The position numbers and the translations under genes were made by a program. A model generated the notes under the pieces. The model searched no databases, was not told the origin of the DNA, and saw nothing but the letters and a program-made list of their open reading frames with translations. From Candidatus Limnocylindrales bacterium (lineage in GTDB: Bacteria; Chloroflexota; Limnocylindria; Limnocylindrales; CSP1-4), in assembly GCA_036392215.1 (NCBI GenBank), contig DASVYJ010000091.1, positions 1,115 to 65,114 of the forward strand: DNA of 64,000 nucleotides, given 5' to 3'. Every line of letters starts with the position of its first letter. The first letter of the stretch is position 1. Shown here in pieces: positions 28,253-37,547 of the stretch.

Positions 28253-29515
28253 TCAGGCCCGCTTCACGGCGTGGCTGGCGGGCTCCGGGCCCTCGGCCAG
28301 CGTCTCGATCAGGAACGCGGCGGCGGCGACGGCAGCCCGGAACCGGCCGTGGGCGCCGTGCTGGAAGAGGCGGAGCTCGAGGCGCCGCGACCAGTCGCGG
28401 TCCGGCCGCGCGACGGCGACGCGGACGACGGTGCCCGCGTCGGCGGGTCGGGCGACGAGGGCCAGCCCGAGCGCTGTCCCGGCGCCCCGCGCCGCCGCGA
28501 CGGCGGCCTCGGCGAGGCCGGCCTCGAGGGCGGCGGCGGCCTCCCCGGCCCGCGCCTCGCTCCGTGCCAGCGCGACGACGTCGGCGAGGAGCCGGCCCAG
28601 CTCGCCGTTCGAACCCGCCTCGACCGTCGCGAGGTCGGGGCCGGCGTCAGCCAGGGCGCCGGCCACGAGCTCCGCCCAGCTCGTCTCGCCCTCGGCCCAG
28701 ACGTGACCGGACAGGCCGGCTCGGATGTGCTCGGCCGTCTCGGCGACGATCGCTGCCGCCGGCCGCGCCCGCCGCCCGTCGGTCGCGGGCTCGTCCACCG
28801 CCGAGATGCGGATGTCGAGCCAGTCGGCCCGGGCGTACGTGGCGACGACCGGGTTCGACTGCCGGAAGAGCGCCTCGCCGAGCCGGTCCACGACCATCGA
28901 TTCGCCGATGCCGTACGTCCGCAGCGTGCGGACGAGGCGGCCGTCGCCGAGGCCCCGCTCGCGGAGTCTGGGCAGGACCCAGTCGCGCCACATGGGCCGC
29001 ATCTCCCGCGGCGGCCCGGGCAGCAGGACGACGACACGCCCGTCCATCGCGTCCACCCACCAGCCCGGCGCCGTCCCGTTCGGGTTCGGGATGGCCGTCG
29101 CGGACGGGATCCGCCAGGCCTGCTTGAGGTTGACCTCGGCGAGCCGCATCCCGCGCCGCTCGAACAGGGCCCGCAGCCAGGCCTCGAGCTCGGGGTCGAC
29201 CGTCGGCTCCTCGCCGAGCGCCGCGGCGACGGCCTCGCGGGTCAGGTCGTCCGGGGTGGGCCCGAGCCCGCCGGTGGCGAGGACGAGGTCCACCGCGCCC
29301 AGCGCTTCGCGGAAGCGGTCCGTCACCAGCGGCAGGTCGTCGGGCAGGGCGAAGATGCCGCGGATGGCGACGCCGGCCTCGGTCAGCGCGGCGGCGAGCT
29401 CCGGGCCATTCGTGTCGCGCGTCTCGCCCGTCGTCAGCTCGCTGCCGACGGCGAGGAGCTCGGCCGTCCGGATGGCGCGCGTTAGCCCCTCGGGAGTGGC
29501 GTGACCGGTCCGCAT
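28253..29515 (-). CDS. cinA: CinA-family competence/damage-inducible protein (MoCF-binding + CinA C-terminal domain)
   Basis: N-terminal AELLAVGSELTTGETRDTNG MoaB/MogA-like domain and a C-terminal CinA deamidase-like domain. Start at MRTGHAT (29515) or at the ATG at 29563. Confidence 0.75.
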   Translation of the reverse strand: MRTGHATPEGLTRAIRTAELLAVGSELTTGETRDTNGPELAAALTEAGVAIRGIFALPDDLPLVTDRFREALGAVDLVLATGGLGPTPDDLTREAVAAALGEEPTVDPELEAWLRALFERRGMRLAEVNLKQAWRIPSATAIPNPNGTAPGWWVDAMDGRVVVLLPGPPREMRPMWRDWVLPRLRERGLGDGRLVRTLRTYGIGESMVVDRLGEALFRQSNPVVATYARADWLDIRISAVDEPATDGRRARPAAAIVAETAEHIRAGLSGHVWAEGETSWAELVAGALADAGPDLATVEAGSNGELGRLLADVVALARSEARAGEAAAALEAGLAEAAVAAARGAGTALGLALVARPADAGTVVRVAVARPDRDWSRRLELRLFQHGAHGRFRAAVAAAAFLIETLAEGPEPASHAVKRA

Positions 29516-29663
29516 GGAGCAGAGCCTAGCGAGCGCGGCGGAAACAGGCGCCGCGGGCGTCATGCGAGCCCGGGGCGGACGGGACACGGCGCGGGGCCGC
29601 CCAGCGATGCGCGCATCGTGCGGGCGCCCCGCGACGGGAGCGCGCGCATCGACGGCCGGCGGG

Positions 29664-30608
29664 TCAGGCGGCGGCGAGGATCGCGGCGACCTGCTCGGCG
29701 ACGCGAGCCGCCGAGAGGCCGTAGATGTCGAGCAGGTCCTCGTTCGAGGCCGACTGGCCGAAGACGTCCTGGAGGCCGAGCCGGCGGACCCGCGTCGGGC
29801 GGTGCTCGGAGAGCGCCTCGGCGACCGCGCCGCCCAGGCCCCCGATCACGCTGTGCTCCTCGACCGTGACGACGAGGTCCGTCCGTTCCGCAGCCGCGAC
29901 GACCGCGGCGACGTCCAGCGGCTTGATCGTCGGGACGTGCAGGACGTGGGCCCGGATCCCCCGCGCCGCGAGCAGCTCGGCCGCGTCCACGACCCGCGGC
30001 GTCTGCGAGCCGGTCGTCATCAGCGTGACGTCGCCACCCTCGCGGACGACCGTGGCCCGGCCGAACTCGAAGCGATGGTCCGGCCCGAAGAGGTGCTGCG
30101 TCGCGTCGCGGACGAGCCGGACGTAGACGGGGCCGTCGTAGGCCGCCGCCCAGCGCAGGACCTGGCCCGTCTCCTCGTCGTCGGCCGGGGCGACCGTGAC
30201 CATGTTCGGCATGGCCCGCATGATCGCGACGTCGTCCACGATCTGGTGCGTCTTGCCGGCCCGGCCCGTGAACAGCCCGGCGTAGCCGCCGGTGATCTTC
30301 ACGTTGAGCCGCGGCTGCGCGATCAGGACCCGGATCTGGTCGAGCGGTCGGACGACGGCGAAGGCGACGAACGTGCTGATGAACGGCAGCAGCCCGACGC
30401 TCGCCATGCCGGCCGCCATGCCCAGCATGTTCTGCTCGGCGATGCCCGTCTGGATGTAGCGCTCGGGATGGGCCTTCTGGAAGATGTCGCCCTTCGTCGA
30501 GACGCCGAGGTCGCCGTCGAGCATGACGACCCGCGGGTCCTCGTCGGCCAGGGCGGTCACGGTCTCACCGAACACCTCGCGCATCGCGCGACCCAGCGGC
30601 AGGCTCAT
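29664..30608 (-). CDS. transketolase-family protein, C-terminal (pyrimidine-binding) subunit
   Basis: 314 aa. Its ATG overlaps the stop of the upstream N-terminal subunit (ATGA). Pattern: GIAEQNMLGMAAGMA... Confidence 0.85.
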   Translation of the reverse strand: MSLPLGRAMREVFGETVTALADEDPRVVMLDGDLGVSTKGDIFQKAHPERYIQTGIAEQNMLGMAAGMASVGLLPFISTFVAFAVVRPLDQIRVLIAQPRLNVKITGGYAGLFTGRAGKTHQIVDDVAIMRAMPNMVTVAPADDEETGQVLRWAAAYDGPVYVRLVRDATQHLFGPDHRFEFGRATVVREGGDVTLMTTGSQTPRVVDAAELLAARGIRAHVLHVPTIKPLDVAAVVAAAERTDLVVTVEEHSVIGGLGGAVAEALSEHRPTRVRRLGLQDVFGQSASNEDLLDIYGLSAARVAEQVAAILAAA

Positions 30609-31528
30609 CGGGCGGCCTCCCCCTCGCTCGCCGGTTCGCCGAGCTCGACCAGGCCGCGGGCGTACTCCTCGGCGTTCGGGATCCTGGTGTGCCACAGGTA
30701 GCGGTCCTCGGCGAAGGAGAGACCGCGGCCCTTCACCGTGTTGGCGACGATGACGGTCGGTCGACCGTCGCCCTCGGCCGCGGTGGCCAGGGCGCCGACG
30801 ATGGCCGCCATGTCGTGGCCGTCGATGTCGAGGACGCGCCAGCCGAAGGCGGCCCATTTCGCGACCAGCTCGCCGGGCGCCTCCGGCGGCAGGCGGTCCT
30901 CGTGGTCGGCGCCCTGCCAGCCGTACTGCTGGAGGCGGTTGTGGTCGACGATGGCCACGAGCCGGTCGAGCTCGTAGCGGGCGGCGACGAAGGCGGCCTC
31001 CCAGACTTCGCCCTCCTGGCACTCCCCGTCGCCGACGAGCACGTACGTGCGGGCGTCGCGGCCCTGGAGGCGCAGGCCGAGGGCGATGCCGACCGCGGCC
31101 GAGATGCCCATCCCGAGCGAGCCCGTCGACATGTCGAGCCCGGGCAGGCGGGTCATGTCGGGGTGCCCCTGGAGGCGCGATCCGGCGCTGTCGAACGTGG
31201 GCAGCTCGTCGAGCAGGAAGTAGCCACGCAGGGCGAGCGTCGCGTACAGACCGACGCTGGCGTGGCCCTTCGACAGGACGAAGCGGTCGCGGTCGGGCCA
31301 CTCCGGCTCCGCCGGGCGGATGCGCAGGACGCCGAAGTACAGGGCGGCCAGGATGTCAGCCTCGGAGAGGGAGCCGCCGAGGTGGCCGACGCCGCTGGCG
31401 TAGACGGTGCGGAACGTCTCGACGCGGATGCGGCGGGCGGCCTCGGTCAGGCGGGCGAGCTCGGGCTCGGTGGCGAGTCCTGCGAGGTCGTCGGGTGCGG
31501 CGGGAACGGGCGCGAGCGAGGCGGTCAT
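30605..31528 (-). CDS. transketolase-family protein, N-terminal (TPP-binding) subunit
   Basis: 307 aa with TPP motifs (GHLGGSLS, GDGECQEG). Confidence 0.85.
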   Translation of the reverse strand: MTASLAPVPAAPDDLAGLATEPELARLTEAARRIRVETFRTVYASGVGHLGGSLSEADILAALYFGVLRIRPAEPEWPDRDRFVLSKGHASVGLYATLALRGYFLLDELPTFDSAGSRLQGHPDMTRLPGLDMSTGSLGMGISAAVGIALGLRLQGRDARTYVLVGDGECQEGEVWEAAFVAARYELDRLVAIVDHNRLQQYGWQGADHEDRLPPEAPGELVAKWAAFGWRVLDIDGHDMAAIVGALATAAEGDGRPTVIVANTVKGRGLSFAEDRYLWHTRIPNAEEYARGLVELGEPASEGEAAR

Positions 31529-31529
31529 G

Positions 31530-31898
31530 TCAGGCCTTCGCGCCCTGCTCGTACGAGCCCGGAACGACCGGGGGGGTGAAGACGCAGAGCAGCTCGAGCT
31601 CGGCGTCGGCGTAGGCCTCCGTCTCGTGGAAGGTGCCGACGGGGATGAAGACGGCGACGCCCGGCTCGAGCTCCGCGTCGCCCTCGGAGCAGATGAGGCG
31701 GCCGCGTCCGCGAACGCAGTAGACGGTCTCCTCCTCCGCCTCGTGGACGTGGCCCGCGGGATGGCTGCCCGGCTCGTAGACCGAGACGCCCATCGAGAGG
31801 TGGTCGGTCGGGACGGTGGCGGGACTGACGTAGGTGTGCCAGTCGCGGCCCGGCAGCGGCGTCACGGCCGCGTCGGCCCGGGTCACTCGTGTGAACAT
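31530..31898 (-). CDS. cupin-domain protein
   Basis: 122 aa (MFTRVTRADAAV...). Cupin His motifs G.H.H..EE and P.G.FHE. A GGGAG SD is present. Confidence 0.55.
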   Translation of the reverse strand: MFTRVTRADAAVTPLPGRDWHTYVSPATVPTDHLSMGVSVYEPGSHPAGHVHEAEEETVYCVRGRGRLICSEGDAELEPGVAVFIPVGTFHETEAYADAELELLCVFTPPVVPGSYEQGAKA

Positions 31899-31971
31899 CG
31901 CTGCTCCCTCGTGTGGCGAGGGGCGCGGCAGCCGCGCCGGGCGCCCCTGCTCGCTCGTCCGATCGGTCGGT

Positions 31972-34134
31972 TCACGCTCGGCCCGCGGCCGCCTCGTCCG
32001 AGCGGCGGCGGCCCGCCAGGCGGATGAGGTCCTCGTGCAGCTCGAACCAGACGTTGTGGTAGCTGTCGACGCGCGGCGAGGCGACGAAGCGGACGTCGCC
32101 CGCCCGGGCCTGGCGGAGCGCCTCGCCGAGGCGGCCGCAGTACGTCTCCAGTCGCCCGAGCCGGCCGCAGAGCGGGCCGAGCCAGGCGATCGTGTCGGCG
32201 TGGATGGCCGACAGGCGGTCCAGGACGCCGGCGTCATACGCCGCGTCCGCATGGTCATTGATGGTCTGCTGGCCGTCGACCTCCCGGAGCTGCCAGGCGG
32301 TGACGGTCTCCTTCATCCGTGCGTCGAGGACGAGGAACGCATCGAGCGCCTCGACGCAGGGGGCCTCGCCGCCCAGTCGCCCGCCGTCGGCGGTGAAGAC
32401 CTCCAGGGCGCGCAGCTTCCCGGTCGGCGTGAGGCGGAAGGCCCCGGCGGTCGTCTCGGCGAGCCCGTCGGCGACGAGGCCATCGACGAGCGGCCGGACC
32501 TCGTCGAGGGGCGCCGCCAGGCTCACGGCGAGGCCGTCGAGCGGGACGAGGCCCTTGACCAGGAGGCCGCGCAGGAGATCCTGGGCGGCGAGCGGGTGGC
32601 TTGGCGCGGCGGCGGTCGGAGCGGGCGTCGCGGACGCAGCTTGTGGCTCGGCGTCGGCCGGGTCCGGCCGCGGCTCGCCGACCTCGATCCCGAGCTCGCG
32701 GGCCCAGCCGAGCAGCGTCTCGGCCTCGGGGACGACGGTGAGGCCGCCCTCCACGACGCCGCTGAAGACCTCGCCGCTGCTCCCGTCGATCGTGATCCGC
32801 TCGCCCGCGGCCATGCGCCGGCCGGCGACGACGATCCCGTCCGCGCCGACCTCGACCTCGCTCGCACCGACGACGGCCGGGATCCCCCAGCCGCGGGCGA
32901 CGACCGCCGCGTGGCTCGCGATGCCGCCGCGCGCGGTCAGGATGCCGGCCGCGCGGGCCATCCCGTGGACGTCGTCGGGGGAGGTCTCGGACCGGACGAG
33001 GATCACCGCCCGGCCCGCTTCGGCGGCCGCCTGCGCGTCGTCCGGCGACGTCACGATCTCGCCGTTGGCGACGCCCGGGGAGGCGGCCAGGCCGACCGTC
33101 AGCGGCGTCGCGCCGTCGGCCCGTCGCCCCGCTGCCCGGGGCGGGTCCGCCAGCAGGTCGGCGACGCGACGGACCGCTTCGGCCCGGGTCAGCGGGAAGT
33201 CGGGATCCTCGGCCATCTCGACGGCCATCCGCAGGGCGGCCTGCGGGCTGCGCTTGCCGACGCGGACCTGGAGCATCCACAGCCGGCCCTGCTCGACCGT
33301 GAACTCGATGTCGCAGAGGTCCGCGTAGCGGCGCTCGAGGGTCGTCGCGTGGCCGCGGAGCTCGGCCGCGACGCCCGGGAGGCGCTCGTCGAGGGCTGAG
33401 AGGTGCTCCGTGGCGTGCGTCCCCGCCACGACGTCCTCGCCCTGGGCCTGGAACATCACGTCGCCGTAGAGCGTCGCCTCGCCCGTCGCCGGGTTGCGGG
33501 TGAAGAGGACGCCCGTGCCCGAGTCGGCGCCGCGGTTGCCGAAGACCATGGTCTGGACCGTGACGGCCGTGCCGAGGTCGCCGGGGATCCCCTCGTGCTC
33601 GCGGTACGCCTTCGCCCGCTCGCTGTTCCACGAGCGGAAGACAGCCTCGACCGCGCCGCGGAGCTGGAGCCAGGGATCGTCGGGCGCGTCCGACCCGACG
33701 ATGTCGCGGTACATCGCCCGGAAGCGGCGGAGGCAGTCGGCCGCGAAGCCGGGATCGCCGGCCGTCGCGCCGAGCCCGGCGGCCGTCGTCTCGTTCAGGC
33801 CGAGGTCGAGGATGGTGTCCATCATCCCCGGCATCGAGACGGGCGCGCCGGAGCGGACGCTGACGAGGAGCGGGTCGCTCGCGTCGCCGAAGCGGCGACC
33901 GACGACGGCCTCGACGCGGGCCATGTGGGCCCGCAGCTGCTCGTCGAGCCCGGCCGGCCAACCCTCGGCCAGGAAGGCCCGGCAGGCGGCCGTGGTCACG
34001 ACGAAGCCGGGGGGGACGGGCAGGCCGAGCTCGGTGGCCATCACGTTGAGGTTGGCAGCCTTGCCGCCGACGAGCGCCTTGAGCTCGGGCAGCGGCAGAC
34101 CGTGCTGGTGGTCGAGGTCGTAGACGAGGGTCAC
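31972..34134 (-). CDS. PEP-utilizing-enzyme family protein: pyruvate-phosphate-dikinase-type ATP-grasp N-domain + phospho-His swivel domain + C-terminal ~200-aa HTH-like domain (no PEP/pyruvate TIM-barrel domain)
   Basis: GTG start (VTLVYDLDHQHG...) with an AGGAAAGGA SD. PPDK_N motifs (LVGGKAANLNVMATELGLPVPPGFVVTTAAC). His-domain motif (GGIASHAAVVARGWGIPAVVG). The C-terminus (LLRGLLVKGLVPLDGLAVSLAAPLDEVRPLVDGLVADGLAE...) resembles a winged helix plus a helical domain. Confidence 0.75.
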   Translation of the reverse strand: MTLVYDLDHQHGLPLPELKALVGGKAANLNVMATELGLPVPPGFVVTTAACRAFLAEGWPAGLDEQLRAHMARVEAVVGRRFGDASDPLLVSVRSGAPVSMPGMMDTILDLGLNETTAAGLGATAGDPGFAADCLRRFRAMYRDIVGSDAPDDPWLQLRGAVEAVFRSWNSERAKAYREHEGIPGDLGTAVTVQTMVFGNRGADSGTGVLFTRNPATGEATLYGDVMFQAQGEDVVAGTHATEHLSALDERLPGVAAELRGHATTLERRYADLCDIEFTVEQGRLWMLQVRVGKRSPQAALRMAVEMAEDPDFPLTRAEAVRRVADLLADPPRAAGRRADGATPLTVGLAASPGVANGEIVTSPDDAQAAAEAGRAVILVRSETSPDDVHGMARAAGILTARGGIASHAAVVARGWGIPAVVGASEVEVGADGIVVAGRRMAAGERITIDGSSGEVFSGVVEGGLTVVPEAETLLGWARELGIEVGEPRPDPADAEPQAASATPAPTAAAPSHPLAAQDLLRGLLVKGLVPLDGLAVSLAAPLDEVRPLVDGLVADGLAETTAGAFRLTPTGKLRALEVFTADGGRLGGEAPCVEALDAFLVLDARMKETVTAWQLREVDGQQTINDHADAAYDAGVLDRLSAIHADTIAWLGPLCGRLGRLETYCGRLGEALRQARAGDVRFVASPRVDSYHNVWFELHEDLIRLAGRRRSDEAAAGRA

Positions 34135-34202
34135 GTCGCGAGGGGTCCTTTCCTGCCCCGGCCTCTCCCGGGGCCGCCTGCCGTGGATGCCTTGCGCTCG
34201 AC

Positions 34203-35093
34203 TCAGCGCGACGGCGTGGAGACCCTGGCGGACCGGGCGACGGCGGTCAGCTTGTCCCACAGCGAGCCGGCGTTGAGCGTCTGGATGTGCTCCATCATGT
34301 AGCCCTGCCCGATGTCGACCGGGTAGCGCTCGGCGAAGTCGACCCGGGCGACCGTCTCCTCGCGCGACCAGCCCTTGGCGACGGCGACCGCGACGGCCGT
34401 CTTCCACTCGAGGAGCATGGCCCGCTGGACGTCCAGGTACTTCGGCGTCGTCACCGGGCCGTGGCCGGGGACCAGGATGTCGACGTCCAGGGCGCGGATC
34501 CGGTCGAGCGAGGCGAGCCACTGGTCGACGTCCGACGTCATCAGCCAGGTCTGGCACTCACAGAAGACGGTGTCGCCGGTGAAGACGACGCGCTCCTCGG
34601 GCACGTGCACGGCGACCTGGCCGGGCGTGTGGCCCGGCGTGTGGAGCAGGTGGAAGGTGTGGTCGCCGACGCGGAGGGTGAGGTCGCCGGTGAAGACGAC
34701 CGTGCCCTTGTTCGGGTCGCGGTAGTACTCGTCCCGGTCGGGGATGAGGGGGGCGGCCTCGGGGTCGTCGGTCGGGACGGCCTCCAGGGCGTAGGCGAAG
34801 GGGTCCAGGTCCGGCGTCGGGACCATGAAGTTGTCGTACAGGCCCTGGTGCTCGACGACGGTGACGCCCTTGAACCAGTAGTTGCCGAAGATATGGTCGA
34901 CGTGGTGCTCGGTGTTGATGAGGTAGCGGAGCGCCCCGTGCGACTCCGCCTCCTGGCGCATCGCGACGGCCCTCGTCGGCAGCTGCGGGGTGTCGATGAC
35001 GACGACGCCGTCCGAGGTGGTGACGAAGCTGGGGTTGCAGCCGCGCAGCCGGGTCGTCGTCCGGACGTTCGGGGTGACCTGCTCCAAGTCCAT
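34203..35093 (-). CDS. MBL-fold metallo-hydrolase
   Basis: Start MDLEQVTP (aa 93 of the track ORF). Motifs HVDH, HTPGHTPG, GD and GHG. Confidence 0.75.
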   Translation of the reverse strand: MDLEQVTPNVRTTTRLRGCNPSFVTTSDGVVVIDTPQLPTRAVAMRQEAESHGALRYLINTEHHVDHIFGNYWFKGVTVVEHQGLYDNFMVPTPDLDPFAYALEAVPTDDPEAAPLIPDRDEYYRDPNKGTVVFTGDLTLRVGDHTFHLLHTPGHTPGQVAVHVPEERVVFTGDTVFCECQTWLMTSDVDQWLASLDRIRALDVDILVPGHGPVTTPKYLDVQRAMLLEWKTAVAVAVAKGWSREETVARVDFAERYPVDIGQGYMMEHIQTLNAGSLWDKLTAVARSARVSTPSR

Positions 35094-35116
35094 CGAGTTC
35101 GTCTCCGGGGCTGCGG

Positions 35117-35902
35117 CTACTGGGTCGCGGTGAGGCCGCCGTCGATCGTGAGGATCTGGCCGGTCACGAACGAGGAGGCGGGCGAGGCGAAGAAGATGAC
35201 CGGCCCGACCAGGTCGCGTGTCTCGCCGACGCGGCCGAGGGGGACCCGGCTGACGATGCCGGCCTTGAAGTCCGGGTCGCCGAGGAGCATCGCCACCTGG
35301 GGCGTGTCCACGAAGGTGGGGGCGATGGCGTTCACGGTGATGCGGTGCTTGGCCCACTCCGTCGCCCACTGGCGGGTGAGCGAGCTGACCGCGCCCTTCG
35401 CCGCGACGTAGGCGGAGTAGCCGGCGTTGATGCCGAGCTGGGCCCGGACCGAGCTGATGTTGATGACCCGGCCGCCCTCACCCTGGGCGATCATCGCCCG
35501 GGCCGCGGCCTGGGTCGCGACGAGCGTGGAGCGTAGGTTGAGCTCCATGATCCAGTCCCAGGCGTCGCGGGGATAGGCCTCCGCGTCGAACAGGACCTTG
35601 CCGGCGCCGCCCCCGACGGCGTTGACGACGATGTCGAGCCGCCCGAAGCGCTCCCGGCCGGCCGACACGATCCGCTCGGCCTCGGCCTCGCTGGTCAGGT
35701 CGCCCGACAGGGCGAGGGACTCCGCGCCGACTGCCCGGACCTGCTCGGCCGCCGCCTCCGCCCGGCCCTGGTCCACGTCGGCCACGAAGACCTTCGCCCC
35801 CGCCGCCCCGAGGGCGGTCGCCAGGGCCGAGCCGATGGCGCCGCCGCCGCCGGAGACGAAGGCCACCCGGCCGGTGAGCCTGAACGTGTCGATCGGATCC
35901 AT
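35117..35902 (-). CDS. SDR-family oxidoreductase
   Basis: TGxxxGIG-type Rossmann motif (SGGGGAIG), NAVG, S...YxxxK (YVAAK). AGGGAGAG SD. Confidence 0.85.
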   Translation of the reverse strand: MDPIDTFRLTGRVAFVSGGGGAIGSALATALGAAGAKVFVADVDQGRAEAAAEQVRAVGAESLALSGDLTSEAEAERIVSAGRERFGRLDIVVNAVGGGAGKVLFDAEAYPRDAWDWIMELNLRSTLVATQAAARAMIAQGEGGRVINISSVRAQLGINAGYSAYVAAKGAVSSLTRQWATEWAKHRITVNAIAPTFVDTPQVAMLLGDPDFKAGIVSRVPLGRVGETRDLVGPVIFFASPASSFVTGQILTIDGGLTATQ

Positions 35903-35949
35903 GCTGTCTCTCCCTCTGGGATGGGGCGCCGGGTGGCGGGACTTCCCGC

Positions 35950-37479
35950 CTAGTTCCCTGGGAAGACCAGGCTCAGGGTGCCGCGCTTGCCGGGCTCGGG
36001 CCAGCGGATCGTGACCTCCTTCTGCTTGGTGAAGAAGCGGATGCTGTCCTCGCCGCGCATCTGGAGGTCGGCGAAGGCCGAGCCGCGCGTGCCGCCGAAG
36101 CTGAGGTAGCCGGCCGGCACCGGGATCGGCACGTTGATGCCGATCATCGGCACGTCGACCTCGAGCTCGAAGCGCCGGGCGGCGCCGCCGTCGGTCGTGA
36201 AGATCGCCGTACCGTTGCCGTACTGGTGGGCGTTGATGAGGCTGACCGCCTCGTCGAAGGTCGCCGCCCGGACCATGCCCAGGACGGGCCCGAAGATCTC
36301 CTCCTGGTAGATCGTCATGTCGGGCGTGACGTGGTCGAAGAGCGTGACCCCAAGGTAGAAGCCGTCGGGGAACTCGGGGTGACGGAACGGCCGGCCGTCA
36401 TGGACCAGCTCGGCGCCCTCGGCCTCGCCCCGCTCGATCCACTCGACGATCGACGCCCGATGCTCGGCGGAGTAGATCGGGCCCATGTCCACGCCGGGCT
36501 CCATCCCGGGGCCGATCTTCAGGCGGGCGATCCGCTCCTCGAGCATCGGCCGGAGGCGGTCGCCGGCGTCGCCGACGGTGATGACGAGAGCCTGGGCCAT
36601 GCAGCGCTCGCCGGCCGAGCCGAAGCCCGCCGCGACGGCCGAGTCGGCCGCGAGCTCCATGTCCGCGTCGGGCAGGACGATCATGGCGTTCTTCGCGCCC
36701 GTGTACGCGCCGACGCGCTTGCCGGCCGCGGTGCCCTTCTGGTGGACCATCCGGCCGACGGCGGTCGAGCCGACGAACTGGATGGCGGCGATGCCGGGAT
36801 GCTCGAGGATGGCCTCGACCGCTTCGCGGCCGCCGTAGACGACGTTGAAGACGCCGTCCGGGAGCCCAGCCTCCCGCCACAGCTCGGCCTGGAGCTGGGT
36901 CGCGCCCGGCGTGTGCGAGGACGGCTTCCAGACCAGGGTGTTGCCGGTCATCAGGGCCAGCGGGTAGATCCACATCGGGACCATCGCCGGGAAGTTGAAG
37001 GGCGTGATGGCCGCGGCCACGCCGAGCGGCTGGCGGAGTGTCCGCGCGTCGACCTTGGTCGAGACATTCGGCGTGTTCAGGCCGGCCAGGTGGGTCGGCA
37101 GGCCGCAGGCGAACTCGACCGTCTCCAGGCCGCGCATCACCTCGGCCAGGGCGTCCGGGAACGTCTTGCCGTGGTCGCGGGTGATGAGGCGGGCCATCTC
37201 CTCGCGGTGCTCGTAGACCAGGGCCCGGTAGTTGAACAGGATCTGGCTCCGGGCGATGAGGGGCGTGTCCCGCCAGGCCGGGAACGCGGCCGCGGCCGCC
37301 GCGACAGCGGCGTCGACCTCGGCGGCGCCGCCGCGCGGGACCCGGGCGATGACCTGGCCGGTCGCGGGATCGAAGACAGGCCCGGTCTGCTCGGGCAGGA
37401 CCTCGACCGGGCGGCCGGCGATCCAGTGCGACAGGATCGGCAGGACCGCCGTCGGCGCAGCCGGGACCTGGGTCGTCAT
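35950..37479 (-). CDS. mmsA: CoA-acylating methylmalonate/malonate-semialdehyde dehydrogenase (second paralog)
   Basis: 509 aa, highly similar along its whole length to CDS 24903..26447 (for example LPILSHWIAGRPVEVLPEQTGPVFDP). Confidence 0.85.
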   Translation of the reverse strand: MTTQVPAAPTAVLPILSHWIAGRPVEVLPEQTGPVFDPATGQVIARVPRGGAAEVDAAVAAAAAAFPAWRDTPLIARSQILFNYRALVYEHREEMARLITRDHGKTFPDALAEVMRGLETVEFACGLPTHLAGLNTPNVSTKVDARTLRQPLGVAAAITPFNFPAMVPMWIYPLALMTGNTLVWKPSSHTPGATQLQAELWREAGLPDGVFNVVYGGREAVEAILEHPGIAAIQFVGSTAVGRMVHQKGTAAGKRVGAYTGAKNAMIVLPDADMELAADSAVAAGFGSAGERCMAQALVITVGDAGDRLRPMLEERIARLKIGPGMEPGVDMGPIYSAEHRASIVEWIERGEAEGAELVHDGRPFRHPEFPDGFYLGVTLFDHVTPDMTIYQEEIFGPVLGMVRAATFDEAVSLINAHQYGNGTAIFTTDGGAARRFELEVDVPMIGINVPIPVPAGYLSFGGTRGSAFADLQMRGEDSIRFFTKQKEVTIRWPEPGKRGTLSLVFPGN

Positions 37480-37547
37480 CGTGTTCGTTCTCCCTCTCTG
37501 GCAGCCGTCGCCTCGGCGACGAGCGTGGTGACGGTGGGGCGGCGCGT

